Origin: Acidimicrobiales bacterium
Lineage (GTDB): Bacteria; Actinomycetota; Acidimicrobiia; Acidimicrobiales; DATDAH01
Direction: 5' to 3'
Assembly (NCBI GenBank): GCA_041908445.1
Contig: JAYRFK010000008.1
Location: forward strand, 90,583 to 154,582
Length of the DNA stretch: 64,000 nt
The first letter of the stretch is position 1, and each line of letters begins with the position of its first letter. This document shows positions 35,199-44,305 of this stretch, piece by piece. Made by a program: the position numbers and the translations under genes. The notes beneath the pieces were generated by a model. That model was not told the origin of the DNA, did no database searches, and saw only the letters and a list, made by a program, of their open reading frames with translations.

Positions 35199-37196
35199 TC
35201 AGTCGAAGGGCTCAGACGCGAGCTCGGGCTGGCCGCCGTTGGCCTCGAGCACGAAGCGGTGGCGGCGGCCGCCGGCGAACGCGGGGTCGTGCCAGCGCAC
35301 CCGGTAGTGGTGCTCGTCGCCGTCCTGGCGCACGTAGGAGACCTCGATGGCCCAGCCCTGGTCGTCGACGGCCCGGCCCCGGTAGGTGGCGGTGCGCCAA
35401 CCGCCGTCGGTCCCCTGGCCCTCCGAGGCCTCGACCCGGACGAGCGGCGCGTGCCAGTCGAGGTTGCCCGGCGCCACGTCGATCCACTCGGCCTCCCACC
35501 AGCCGTCGTCGCGCACGGTCGGGTCCACGAAGTGGGCGGGCCCGCCCCAGCGGCGCTCCACCGCGGTCGGCACGGGCTCGGGCCAGTAGCGGTGGACGCG
35601 CAGGTCCCAGCGCCGCACCGGTGTGGGATCGCTGACCAGGCCGTCGCGGGCGACCTCGCCGGCGAGGCGGCCGGCGTGCGCGGCGAGGAACGCCTGGGTG
35701 TTCGGGCCGTAGAGGGTGTGGCCGCCCTCGTAGTGCTGGCGGCGGTACTCCTCCGGCGTGGCGACGTAGCCCGAGTACTCGTTGGCGAGCGACGACACCG
35801 CCACCCGCTCGACGGGCAGGCCACCGGCGGCGAGGCCCTCGGCTGCGGCCGCCTCGATGCGGCGGCCGGACTCGACGGTGATCTCGAAGGGCAGGCCCAC
35901 GATCGCGGTGCCGTCGACGACGAGCACCTGGGCCGGGAGGATGCGGGGGAACGAGCGGGGTGGGACGAAGAGGGGCTGCAGCCAGCGCGAGCCCAGCACC
36001 CACTTCTCGCCCTGGGGGTTCGGCCTGCCCCAGGTCTTGGGCATGCCGGGCTTGAACGGAGGCAGCCGGTGGATGACCGGGGTGACGTTCTCGTGGGCGC
36101 CGGCGACGAGCGCGGCGCCCACGGCCGGTCGCGGCGGGAGCTCCACGCCGTCGATCCGGGGGTCGGCGGCCAGGTCGATCTCGCGGAAGCCGGCGGCGAG
36201 GCGCACGTCGGGGCGCAGCGCCCCGGCGAGATCGGCGTGGAGGCGGGCGGCCTCGGCGCCGATGCCCCGACCGACCCGGGCGGCTTCGAGGGGGCCGGGC
36301 GCCCCGGGGCGGATCGCCGGCGCCACGTCGGCGTGGGTCCCCTCGATGGCGCCGACCACGGCCCGGGTACCGTGCGCCTCCTCGATGCGCAGGTCGAGCT
36401 CGCCCACGAGGTAGGCCCACACGTCGGCGTTGTACTCGGGCGCCTTCATGGAGATGCCGGTGCCGTGCACGGAGAAGACCACGGTGGCGGCCAGCGGCGA
36501 GGTGGTGCCGTCGGCGTGCTCGCGGTCGACCCGCAGCAGGTGCAGCCACGGGTTGACCGAGACGTACTTGCGCTGGGGCTCGGTGCGCTTGTCGGTGACG
36601 GTCTCGTTGCCCACGTGGGGCTCGAGCGAGCGGTTGCGGGTGAGCCCCCAGACCTCGGTGCGCCCGGCGGCGAGGACCGCCGGCCCCCGGGTCTCGACGG
36701 CTTCGACCACGGCGCCGGCGATCTGGCGGACGAGGAAGTCGGCGTAGGCCGGGTCGAAGCCCGAGCGGTTGGAGGCGAAGCGGTTGTAGAAGTCGGTGCC
36801 GAGGAACTGGCCGGGCCCTGCGTGGGTGTGGGTGGCGCCGATGAACAGGCCGGCGAGGGGCACGTCGGTGCGGTCGGCGACGGCCTCGGCGACGAGGTGC
36901 TGCACGACCGACGAGCCGCCCAGCAGGTCGCACTGCACGAGCGCGATGGAGGCGCGACCGGCCCGCAGGTGCAGCACCCGGGCCCGCAGGCGGGTGCGCA
37001 CGCCCTGGCCGTCCTGGGCGTTGGCCGAGTAGCCCGCCTTGGGCATGCCCGGCGGCGGGGTGAGGTCGGCCACGGCGGCGCCGGCGAGCAGGCGGGGCTC
37101 GTCGGGGAGCAGCGTGGCGGGGCGGGGACGGACCGAGAAGCGCGCCCGACGGGTGGCGCCGTCCACGAAGGGGGCGAGGGGCGTGGTCAGGTCCAC
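35199..37196 (-). CDS. Neutral/alkaline ceramidase family protein
   Basis: PPPGMPKAGYS, LRARVLHL, CDLLGG and GATHTHAGPG are ceramidase N-domain motifs. The protein is about 665 aa. GTG start. Confidence 0.8.
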   Translation of the reverse strand: MDLTTPLAPFVDGATRRARFSVRPRPATLLPDEPRLLAGAAVADLTPPPGMPKAGYSANAQDGQGVRTRLRARVLHLRAGRASIALVQCDLLGGSSVVQHLVAEAVADRTDVPLAGLFIGATHTHAGPGQFLGTDFYNRFASNRSGFDPAYADFLVRQIAGAVVEAVETRGPAVLAAGRTEVWGLTRNRSLEPHVGNETVTDKRTEPQRKYVSVNPWLHLLRVDREHADGTTSPLAATVVFSVHGTGISMKAPEYNADVWAYLVGELDLRIEEAHGTRAVVGAIEGTHADVAPAIRPGAPGPLEAARVGRGIGAEAARLHADLAGALRPDVRLAAGFREIDLAADPRIDGVELPPRPAVGAALVAGAHENVTPVIHRLPPFKPGMPKTWGRPNPQGEKWVLGSRWLQPLFVPPRSFPRILPAQVLVVDGTAIVGLPFEITVESGRRIEAAAAEGLAAGGLPVERVAVSSLANEYSGYVATPEEYRRQHYEGGHTLYGPNTQAFLAAHAGRLAGEVARDGLVSDPTPVRRWDLRVHRYWPEPVPTAVERRWGGPAHFVDPTVRDDGWWEAEWIDVAPGNLDWHAPLVRVEASEGQGTDGGWRTATYRGRAVDDQGWAIEVSYVRQDGDEHHYRVRWHDPAFAGGRRHRFVLEANGGQPELASEPFD

Positions 37197-37299
37197 GGGA
37201 GCGCCTCGATCACGGGTGCTGCGTCCGCCATGCCCTCACCCTGGCACGCCGGTGCGGGTCCGTGCCTCCTCGCCCGGGAGCGGGCACTACGTTGCCCGC

Positions 37300-38424
37300 A
37301 TGCCCGTTCCCGCCGACGAGTACCCGCTCCACCAGACGTCGCTGTCGTTGCAGTACCCGGCCACGAGCGACCGCAACGCGTACGACCGGTGCTACCTGAA
37401 CGCCCACGACCGCACCGGCGACATCTTCTTCGTCACCGGCCTCGGGTACTACCCGAACCTCGGCACGATGGACGCCTACGCGACCGTGCGGCGGGGCGAC
37501 CGCCAGCACACCGTCCGCATCTCCGACGCCATCAGCGAGGACCGCCTGAACCAGCAGGTCGGCCCGTACCGCATCGAGGTGGTCGAGCCGCTGAACGTCA
37601 TCCGCCTGGTGTGCGACGCCGACGACCACGGCCTCGGCTTCGACCTCACCTGGACCGGCTCGTTCCCGGTGGTGGAGGAGCCCCACCACGTCATGCGCCA
37701 GGGACCCAAGGTCATCCTCGACGCCTGCCGCTTCGCCCAGGTCGGCAGCTGGGAGGGCACGCTGCGCCTCGAGGGCGAGGAGATCGCCGTGACCCCCGAC
37801 GTGTGGCTCGGCACCCGCGACCGCTCGTGGGGCATCCGCCCGACCGGCGAGGCCGAGCCCGCCGGGCGCACCGCCGCCGAGACCCCGGCCGACTACGGCT
37901 TCTGGTGGATGTACGTGCCGCTCCGCTTCGACGACTTCGCGGTCGTCTTGATCGCCCAGGAGGACGGTGACGGCCACCGCACCCTCAACGACGCCGTGCG
38001 GGTGTACGCCGACGGCAAGGTGGAGCAGCTCGGCTGGCCCCGGGTCGACATCCGCTACACGTCGGGCACCCGCCACCCTGAGGGCGCCCGCCTGACCATG
38101 GCCAAGCACGACGGCACCCCCGTGGTGATCGAGGTCGAGACCCTCGGCTTCGTCGCCCTCAACGCCGGCCCCGGCTATGGCGGCGACCCCGACTGGAACC
38201 ACGGCCAGTGGTTCGGCCGCGACCACATCGACTCGCTGACCTTCGACATGTCCGACCCGGCGGTCATGGGCCGCGTGCCCTTCGGCGTGATCGACCACGT
38301 CGCCCGCGCCACCTGCACCGACGGCGACGGCCCCACGGTCGAGGGCTGGGGCATGTTCGAGCACGGCACCTTCGGCCGCCACGACCCCACCGGCTTCGCC
38401 GACTTCGGCTCCGTCGCCCCCTGA
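37300..38424 (+). CDS. Conserved hypothetical protein (374 aa), function unknown
   Basis: ATG 37300 with high GC3. The sequence looks globular (YPLHQTSLSLQYPATSDRNAYDRCYLNAHD..., RDRSWGIRP, WNHGQW). No family was assigned with confidence. Confidence 0.65.
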   Translation: MPVPADEYPLHQTSLSLQYPATSDRNAYDRCYLNAHDRTGDIFFVTGLGYYPNLGTMDAYATVRRGDRQHTVRISDAISEDRLNQQVGPYRIEVVEPLNVIRLVCDADDHGLGFDLTWTGSFPVVEEPHHVMRQGPKVILDACRFAQVGSWEGTLRLEGEEIAVTPDVWLGTRDRSWGIRPTGEAEPAGRTAAETPADYGFWWMYVPLRFDDFAVVLIAQEDGDGHRTLNDAVRVYADGKVEQLGWPRVDIRYTSGTRHPEGARLTMAKHDGTPVVIEVETLGFVALNAGPGYGGDPDWNHGQWFGRDHIDSLTFDMSDPAVMGRVPFGVIDHVARATCTDGDGPTVEGWGMFEHGTFGRHDPTGFADFGSVAP

Positions 38425-38439
38425 ACCAGGAGATCTTCC

Positions 38440-38817
38440 ATGCCCGAGCCCATCGAGATCGTGCAGCAGTTCTGCGACGCGTGGGGGACGCCCGACGCCA
38501 TCGAGGCCTCACTCTCCTACCTGAGTGCGGATTGCGTGTACCACAACATCCCCGTCGACCCCGTCGTGGGGATCGAGGCCATCCGGGAGTTCGTGAGGAA
38601 CTTCGCCGCCGGCGTCGAGCGGGTCACGTTCGCCACCAACGCGATCGCCGCCAACGGCTCGACCGTGCTCACCGAGCGGGTCGACACGTTCCTGTACCCG
38701 GGCGGCAAGCGCATCGACCTGCCCGTGATGGGCACGTTCGAGGTGGACGCCGACGGCAAGATCAGCGCCTGGCGCGACTACTTCGACCTCAACCAGTTCA
38801 TGTCGCAGATGGGGTGA
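38440..38817 (+). CDS. Limonene-1,2-epoxide hydrolase-like / SnoaL (NTF2-fold) protein
   Basis: RBS AGGAG. IEIVQQFCDAW...YHNIPVDPVVG...FEVDADGKISAWRDYFD is the LEH-type pattern. Confidence 0.75.
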   Translation: MPEPIEIVQQFCDAWGTPDAIEASLSYLSADCVYHNIPVDPVVGIEAIREFVRNFAAGVERVTFATNAIAANGSTVLTERVDTFLYPGGKRIDLPVMGTFEVDADGKISAWRDYFDLNQFMSQMG

Positions 38818-38831
38818 GGTAGGGACCGGTC

Positions 38832-39689
38832 GTGACGTCGTTCGCCCCGTCCGGATCCGCCCAGATCGCCTACGACGACGAAGGCAGCGGGCCTCCCGTC
38901 CTGCTGCTGCACGCCGGCGTCACCGACCGCCGGTCGTGGCGGAAGGTGGTGGACGTGCTCCTTCCCACCCGGCGCACGCTGGCGTTCGACCAGCGCCGCT
39001 TCGGCGAGACGACCTACATCCCTGAGTCCCACTCGACGCCGGCCGACGCGCTGGCGGTGCTCGACCACGCCGGCGTCGACGAGCCGGTCGCGGTGGTGGG
39101 TTGCTCGATGGGCGGCACGGCGGCGATGGACCTCGCGCTCCTGCACCCCGAGCGGGTCGAGCGCCTCGTCCTCATGGCGCCCGGTGTGCGAGTCGAGGGG
39201 GTCTACCCCGACGCCGTCCCGGACTCGTGGCGCGACCTCGCCGCTGCGCTCGAGGCGGCGGAGGAGGCCGGCGACCTCGACGAGGTCAACCGCCTCGAGG
39301 CCCACCTCTGGCTCGACGGGCCGACCGCCCCGGAGGGCCGGGTGGGCGGCACCGCCCGCGAGCTCTTCCTGGCCATGAACGGCCGGGCGCTCGCCGCCGG
39401 GGATCCCGGCGAGATCACGGGCCTGCCCGAGGTGTGGGAGGGCTTGGACCGCTTCTCGATCCCGGTCCTGGTCCTCGTCGGCGACCTCGACACCGAGGAG
39501 GAGCAGGGCGCGGCCGAGCAGCTCACGGCGATGGTCCCCGGCGCCCGCTTCGAGCGCCTCCTCGACACCGCCCACCTGCCGCAGCTCGAGGCCCACCCTC
39601 GGCTGCTCGAGGTCATCGCCGACCATCTCGCCTGGACGGCCGCGGCGCTTCCGCGAGCCGGTGGTGGCTCGATGAGAGGCGGCTCTTGA
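38832..39689 (+). CDS. Alpha/beta-fold hydrolase
   Basis: PVLLLHAGVTDRRSW, the nucleophile elbow VGCSMGG and the C-terminal DTAHLP (His) are present. Confidence 0.8.
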   Translation: MTSFAPSGSAQIAYDDEGSGPPVLLLHAGVTDRRSWRKVVDVLLPTRRTLAFDQRRFGETTYIPESHSTPADALAVLDHAGVDEPVAVVGCSMGGTAAMDLALLHPERVERLVLMAPGVRVEGVYPDAVPDSWRDLAAALEAAEEAGDLDEVNRLEAHLWLDGPTAPEGRVGGTARELFLAMNGRALAAGDPGEITGLPEVWEGLDRFSIPVLVLVGDLDTEEEQGAAEQLTAMVPGARFERLLDTAHLPQLEAHPRLLEVIADHLAWTAAALPRAGGGSMRGGS

Positions 39690-39779
39690 AGGCGGGAGGG
39701 CGCCGACCGGCGTCGGCGTTCGCCGGGTGCCACGCAACGTGGTGGAGATGGGCCCGCGGCCCCCCGACACGGCGCCATT

Positions 39780-39817
39780 GGAGGAAATAGCTGCGATATA
39801 TGGCAGCTATTCCCTCC
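39780..39817. repeat. AT-rich imperfect inverted repeat (15-bp arms, 14/15 complementary, 8-nt spacer) in a 281-bp non-coding gap
   Basis: GGAGGAAATAGCTGC-GATATATG-GCAGCTATTCCCTCC, read directly. It lies between convergent genes ending at 39689 and 39971. Confidence 0.6.
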
Positions 39818-39970
39818 AAAGAGTCACGCACGCCGGGGTTCGACCGCAGACCGTGAGATTTCGTCGGAAACCTCGCCGAGCGCCGCCGTCAAAAAGCGCC
39901 TTTCCTCCCTCGCCGCCACCGATCGTGAGCCGTGGTCGCCGCCTCGAGGGCGGCCCTCGCCGGGCGCCGT

Positions 39971-41326
39971 TCAGCGGCCGGTGATCTCGGTGGGGGAGAT
40001 GGCGAGCCAGGCCTCGAGGTTGCGGTGCAGGTTCCAGATGCGGCACTCCTCGTTGGAGAGGGTGACGCGGGTGAAGCCGGGCTGGTGCAGGCCGCGCTGG
40101 GCCCGCTCGGCGTTGGCCACGTCCTGGCTGAGCACGAGGCCGATGGGCAGGTCGCCGTCGGGGGGCAGGGTGACGTCGAGCGGGGGCGTGCGCGGCGGCG
40201 CCGGGTCGGCGGGCACGCGGTCGAACACGAACACGTCCATGGTCCCCTCGTCGGGCGTGGCGCCGGGCCGGGCCCGCACCACCGACAGCAGGTCGGGGAA
40301 CACGACCATGGTGATGTTGGGGAACAGGTTGTACTGCGACATGGTCAGCAGGCGGTCGTCGTCGTAGGCCGAGAAGTCGAGGCCCTTGGCCTCGTTGTGC
40401 GCCCGGAGCCGGCCCGCCAGGACGTCCCGCAGCGTCGTGCCCTCGGGGACGGCCGGCACGGGCCCGGCGGTGGCCTTGTCCGAGATGCCGATGCGCTCGC
40501 CCATGACCTCGACGAACGATTCCCACACCGCCTCGTCGTCGGGGCGGTCCCGCAGGCGGGGCGACGGCAGGCCGTAGCGCTGCTCGAGCTTGCCGTGGTG
40601 CGCCCAGATCGTCTGGGGCCCGTCGACGTCGTCGACGCTGCCGAGCATCTCGCGGTGGATGCCCTGCACGTGGTACGTCTCGCTGAAGCCGTCGATGATC
40701 GTCTTCCAGTTGGCCGCGAGCGGGATGCTCACGAGGTAGCGGCAGCGGAAGTCGTCGAGGCCGGCCCAAGCCACGTCGCCGGGCACCTCGCCGAGGAACT
40801 CGGCCAGGCCGGGATGATCGCCGTCGGCCGGCCCCGGGTGGACGAACACCAGCGGCCCCCACGTGTCCACCGCCACCGTGCGCAGGGCATAGTCGTCGGG
40901 GGGCAGGACGCCGAAGCCCTTCCGGGAGGGGACCTCCCGCAGGCGCCCGGTGAGGTCCCAGCTCCACCGGTGGTACGGGCAGCGCAGCTCGTCGAGGCCG
41001 CTGGTCGACCCGGCGCACAGCTCGCTGCCGCGGTGCAGGCACACGTTCTCGAAGCCGCGCAGCTCGCCGTCCTGGCCCCGCACGATCAGCACCGAGCGGT
41101 CGCCGAGGCGGTAGTCGAAGACCGAGCCGGGCTCGGCCACGTGGTCGAGCGTGCAGGCGAGCTGCCACACCCGGGGCCACAGGCGGTCCTGCTCGAGGGC
41201 GGCGAACGCAGCTGACGTGTAGCGATCGGCGGGCACGGTGACCGGCCCCGTCGCGCCGATGCCGGTGCGGATGGTGGCCCCGACCGGGGCCTCGTCGGTG
41301 TGGACGGCGTCCTGCACGTCGGTCAT
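39971..41326 (-). CDS. Rieske [2Fe-2S] non-heme-iron oxygenase, alpha (catalytic) subunit
   Basis: The Rieske motif is CLHRGSELC...CPYHRWSW. ETYHVQGIH fits the mononuclear Fe region. Confidence 0.85.
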   Translation of the reverse strand: MTDVQDAVHTDEAPVGATIRTGIGATGPVTVPADRYTSAAFAALEQDRLWPRVWQLACTLDHVAEPGSVFDYRLGDRSVLIVRGQDGELRGFENVCLHRGSELCAGSTSGLDELRCPYHRWSWDLTGRLREVPSRKGFGVLPPDDYALRTVAVDTWGPLVFVHPGPADGDHPGLAEFLGEVPGDVAWAGLDDFRCRYLVSIPLAANWKTIIDGFSETYHVQGIHREMLGSVDDVDGPQTIWAHHGKLEQRYGLPSPRLRDRPDDEAVWESFVEVMGERIGISDKATAGPVPAVPEGTTLRDVLAGRLRAHNEAKGLDFSAYDDDRLLTMSQYNLFPNITMVVFPDLLSVVRARPGATPDEGTMDVFVFDRVPADPAPPRTPPLDVTLPPDGDLPIGLVLSQDVANAERAQRGLHQPGFTRVTLSNEECRIWNLHRNLEAWLAISPTEITGR

Positions 41327-41342
41327 GGCCGTGCCTCCCGCC

Positions 41343-42134
41343 TCAGAGGATCCAGTTGCTCGGGATGGCGTCGGGGCGCAGGAGGGCGTCGGTGCCGCCG
41401 TCGGCGAACACCACCGAGCCCACGAAGAAGCGGGCCTCGGGGCCGAGCAGGAACGCCACCAGGGCGGCGAGCTCCTCGGGGCGGCCGGGGCGCCCGACGG
41501 GCAGGGGGAAGTCCTTCAGGAACGGGGCCAGCATCGGGTCGGCGAGGCCCTCCTCGACCATCGCCGTGGCGATCATCCCTGGGGCCACCACGTTCAGGTT
41601 GATGCCGGCGCCGATCCACTCGTCGGTGACGGCGTGGGTGCGGCACCAGCGGGCGATGGCGGTCTTGGTCGCGGGGTAGGCGCCGAACGAGCCGTCGGCC
41701 TCCGAGGCGGCGCGAGCGGCCTCCTCGTCGCCGGCTAGGCAGGCGTCGACCACGGCCTGGGGCACGCCGGGCTGGCAGGTCGTGGAGTTCGAGCTGATGG
41801 CCACCGCGGCGGCGCCGTCGGCGGCGGCGAGCGCCGGCCGCAGTCCCTCGAGCAGGGTGATGCTGCCGAAGTAGTTCACCGACACGACGATCGGGCCCGG
41901 TCGGTCCGGGAGGGGGCCGAGGCCGGCGAACGGCACGAAGCCGTCGAGCACGCCGCCGCACGCGTCGAGCACGCCGTCGATCGCGGCTTGGCGTCCGTCC
42001 GGCGTGCCGAGGTCGACCTCGATGTCGGCGTCGTGGAGGTCGACGCCGATGACGGTGTGGCCGTCCGCCCGCAGCCGGGCGCTCGTCGCCGCCCCCATGC
42101 CCGACGCCGACCCCGTGATGGCGATGGTTCCCAT
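41343..42134 (-). CDS. Short-chain dehydrogenase/reductase (SDR)
   Basis: ITGSASGMG (TGxxxGxG), YPATK (YxxxK) and NLNVVAPGMI are present. It ends 16 nt upstream of the Rieske gene. Confidence 0.85.
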   Translation of the reverse strand: MGTIAITGSASGMGAATSARLRADGHTVIGVDLHDADIEVDLGTPDGRQAAIDGVLDACGGVLDGFVPFAGLGPLPDRPGPIVVSVNYFGSITLLEGLRPALAAADGAAAVAISSNSTTCQPGVPQAVVDACLAGDEEAARAASEADGSFGAYPATKTAIARWCRTHAVTDEWIGAGINLNVVAPGMIATAMVEEGLADPMLAPFLKDFPLPVGRPGRPEELAALVAFLLGPEARFFVGSVVFADGGTDALLRPDAIPSNWIL

Positions 42135-42191
42135 GCGCCCATCATGGCCGTTGGCGGCGGTCGGCCCGGGCCGACCACACTGCGGGGCGTG

Positions 42192-43046
42192 ATGCCCACC
42201 GACATCGGCGTGATCGACCTCATGATCGGCTTCCCCTCGGCCGAGTCCCGCGAGAAGTACGACTACCTCCGCCGCAACCTCCGCGACGCCGAGTCGGCGG
42301 CCATGGAGATGCCGGCGGAGTACATGTTCAAGGACATCCCGGACCACAAGGAGCCCGAGGACGACGCCGTGGCGATCACGCTGGCGGCGATGGACAAGTG
42401 CGGCGTCGCCATCGGCCTGGTCGGCATCCAGAGCGACGCCGCCAAGCGGGCCCTGCGCGAGCACCCGGACCGCTTCGCCCCGAGCCTCGAGATCGACCCC
42501 AACGCCATCACCTCGGCCGTGCGCGCCATCCGCGAGGCCCACGAGGAGTGGGGCCTCAAGGCCGTCACCACGTTCCCCTCGGGCTGCAACCCGCCCGTCC
42601 CCGTCAGCGACCGCCGCTACTACCCGATCTACCAGACCTGCATCGACCTCGACATCCCGATCGTGGCCAACGCCGGCATCGCCGGCCCCCGCCTGCCGTC
42701 GGACGTGCAGGACGTCATGCACTTCGACCAGGTCTGCTACGACTTCCCCGAGCTGCGCATCGTGATGCGCCACGGCGCCGAGCCGTGGGAGGCGCTGGCG
42801 GTGAAGCTCATGCTCAAGTGGCCCGGGCTCTACTACATGACGAGCGCCTTCGCTCCGAAGTACTACCCCCAGGCGATCGTCGACTACGCCAACACGCGCG
42901 GCGCCGACAAGATCATGTACGCCGGCTACTTCCCCATGGGCCTGAGCCTCGACCGCATCTTCGACGAGCTGCCCCACGTGCCCTTCCGGGACCACGTCTG
43001 GCCCAAGTTCCTTCGTGAGAACGCAGAGCGGGTGTTCCGCCTCTAG
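42192..43046 (+). CDS. Amidohydrolase-2 family protein
   Basis: VIDLMIGFP, GLKAVTTFP, IPIVANAG, IVMRHGAEPW and FLRENAERVFRL are present. Confidence 0.75.
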   Translation: MPTDIGVIDLMIGFPSAESREKYDYLRRNLRDAESAAMEMPAEYMFKDIPDHKEPEDDAVAITLAAMDKCGVAIGLVGIQSDAAKRALREHPDRFAPSLEIDPNAITSAVRAIREAHEEWGLKAVTTFPSGCNPPVPVSDRRYYPIYQTCIDLDIPIVANAGIAGPRLPSDVQDVMHFDQVCYDFPELRIVMRHGAEPWEALAVKLMLKWPGLYYMTSAFAPKYYPQAIVDYANTRGADKIMYAGYFPMGLSLDRIFDELPHVPFRDHVWPKFLRENAERVFRL

Positions 43047-43149
43047 CGCACGTTCCGTTCGGCCAGCCGACGACTCGACCCGCCGCGGCGCGGCGAGCGA
43101 GGGACGAGCGAGCCATGACGATGCGATGAGGCGTCAGCCGAAGAGCGGT

Positions 43150-43461
43150 TCAAAACGCGTCGAGGGCGACTAGGACGGCCATCCCCACCACCAGGGTGAG
43201 GATGGAGTTCCGGGTCTTCCAGGCCACCGCGGCGGCGACCAGGCCGGCGGCGAGCTCGGGTGTCCACAGTGAGAGCTGGCCGTCGGGCCGTAGGAACGCG
43301 GGCACCACGATCGAGGCCAGCGCCGCCGGCGGGATCTGGCGCAGGATGCGCTGGACGAACGGAGGCACGTCGGCCATGCGGTGCGCGGCCATCAGGAACG
43401 AGGCGCGCATCGAGAAGGTGCCGATCCCGCCGAGGATCACGGCGACCCAGAGGCGGCTCAC
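43150..43461 (-). CDS. azlD: Branched-chain amino acid exporter small subunit AzlD
   Basis: About 103 aa and hydrophobic (WVAVILGGIGTFSMRASFL...). GTGA overlap with the azlC stop. Confidence 0.8.
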   Translation of the reverse strand: MSRLWVAVILGGIGTFSMRASFLMAAHRMADVPPFVQRILRQIPPAALASIVVPAFLRPDGQLSLWTPELAAGLVAAAVAWKTRNSILTLVVGMAVLVALDAF

Positions 43462-44216
43462 GGCGCGTCGTCCTCGGCCGGCTCCCCGTCGGGTGGCTCC
43501 ACCACCGGCGTGCTGGTCGCAGGACCGTCGCGGTGGTACTCGGCGACGACGCCGGCGGTGATGCCCGCGGCCGCACCGGCGACCGTGGCCAGGTGCGGGT
43601 CGCCGTACTGCGCGCAGAGCACCGCGGCGGCGCCGCCGAACACCGCGGCCATCACCGCCGGCGAGGACGTCAGCGTCGGCACCAGCAGCACCAGGAAGAC
43701 GAGGGGCACCGCGAACTCGATGGGGAGCGAGTCGGGGATGGCGCCGCCGATGAGCACCCCGACGACGGTGCAGATCTGCCAGTTGACCCAGAGGGCCAGC
43801 GCCGCGCCCAGGTAGAAGGGGACCCGTCGTTCGGGCTCGGCGCCGCGGCCCCCACCCGCCCACCGGGTGATGGACACGGCGTAGGCCTGGTCGGTCAGCA
43901 CGTAGGCGATGCCGGCCCGCCGGGCGTGGGACTCGCGGGCGAGGAACGGGGAGAGCGACGCCGAGTACAGCATGAGGCGCAGGTTGATGGTCCACGCGGT
44001 CAGCACCGCCACGGCCACGGAGCCGCCGCCGCCCAGCACGTCGACCATGGCGAGCTGGCTGGCGCCGGCGAAGACGATCGTCGACAGCCCGATGGCGATG
44101 CCGCCGCCGAGGTGCGCGTCGACCGGCGCGGCGCCGGCGACGAGGCCGAAGGGGATGACGCCGACGAGCAGCGGGGTGACCGCGATCACCCCGGCCCGGA
44201 ACTCGTCCCTCCTCAC
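43458..44216 (-). CDS. azlC: AzlC-family branched-chain amino acid permease subunit
   Basis: FRAGVIAVTPLLVGVIPFGLVAG, VFAGASQLAM and INLRLMLYSASL are present. Confidence 0.85.
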   Translation of the reverse strand: MRRDEFRAGVIAVTPLLVGVIPFGLVAGAAPVDAHLGGGIAIGLSTIVFAGASQLAMVDVLGGGGSVAVAVLTAWTINLRLMLYSASLSPFLARESHARRAGIAYVLTDQAYAVSITRWAGGGRGAEPERRVPFYLGAALALWVNWQICTVVGVLIGGAIPDSLPIEFAVPLVFLVLLVPTLTSSPAVMAAVFGGAAAVLCAQYGDPHLATVAGAAAGITAGVVAEYHRDGPATSTPVVEPPDGEPAEDDAP

Positions 44217-44247
44217 CCGCTCTGTCTAGCGCCCCGGCCGAGGCGTA

Positions 44248-44291
44248 CTGGCTCCCGATTTCGGTGTCCCGACACCGAAATCGGGAGCCAG
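44248..44291. terminator. Perfect 21-bp-stem hairpin (loop CC): likely U-tract-less terminator of the upstream minus-strand operon and/or an operator before azlC
   Basis: CTGGCTCCCGATTTCGGTGTC-CC-GACACCGAAATCGGGAGCCAG, read directly. It begins 15 nt after the stop at 44306 and ends 32 nt before the azlC start at 44216. Confidence 0.55.
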
Positions 44292-44305
44292 AACCGCCGA
44301 GCGGG

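Noticed and set aside
39727-39984. An 85-aa ORF in the large non-coding gap.
   Set aside because: It has no RBS. Its Pro/Arg-rich translation looks non-coding and its codon third positions are poor in GC. It also overlaps the 3' end of the Rieske gene on the opposite strand.
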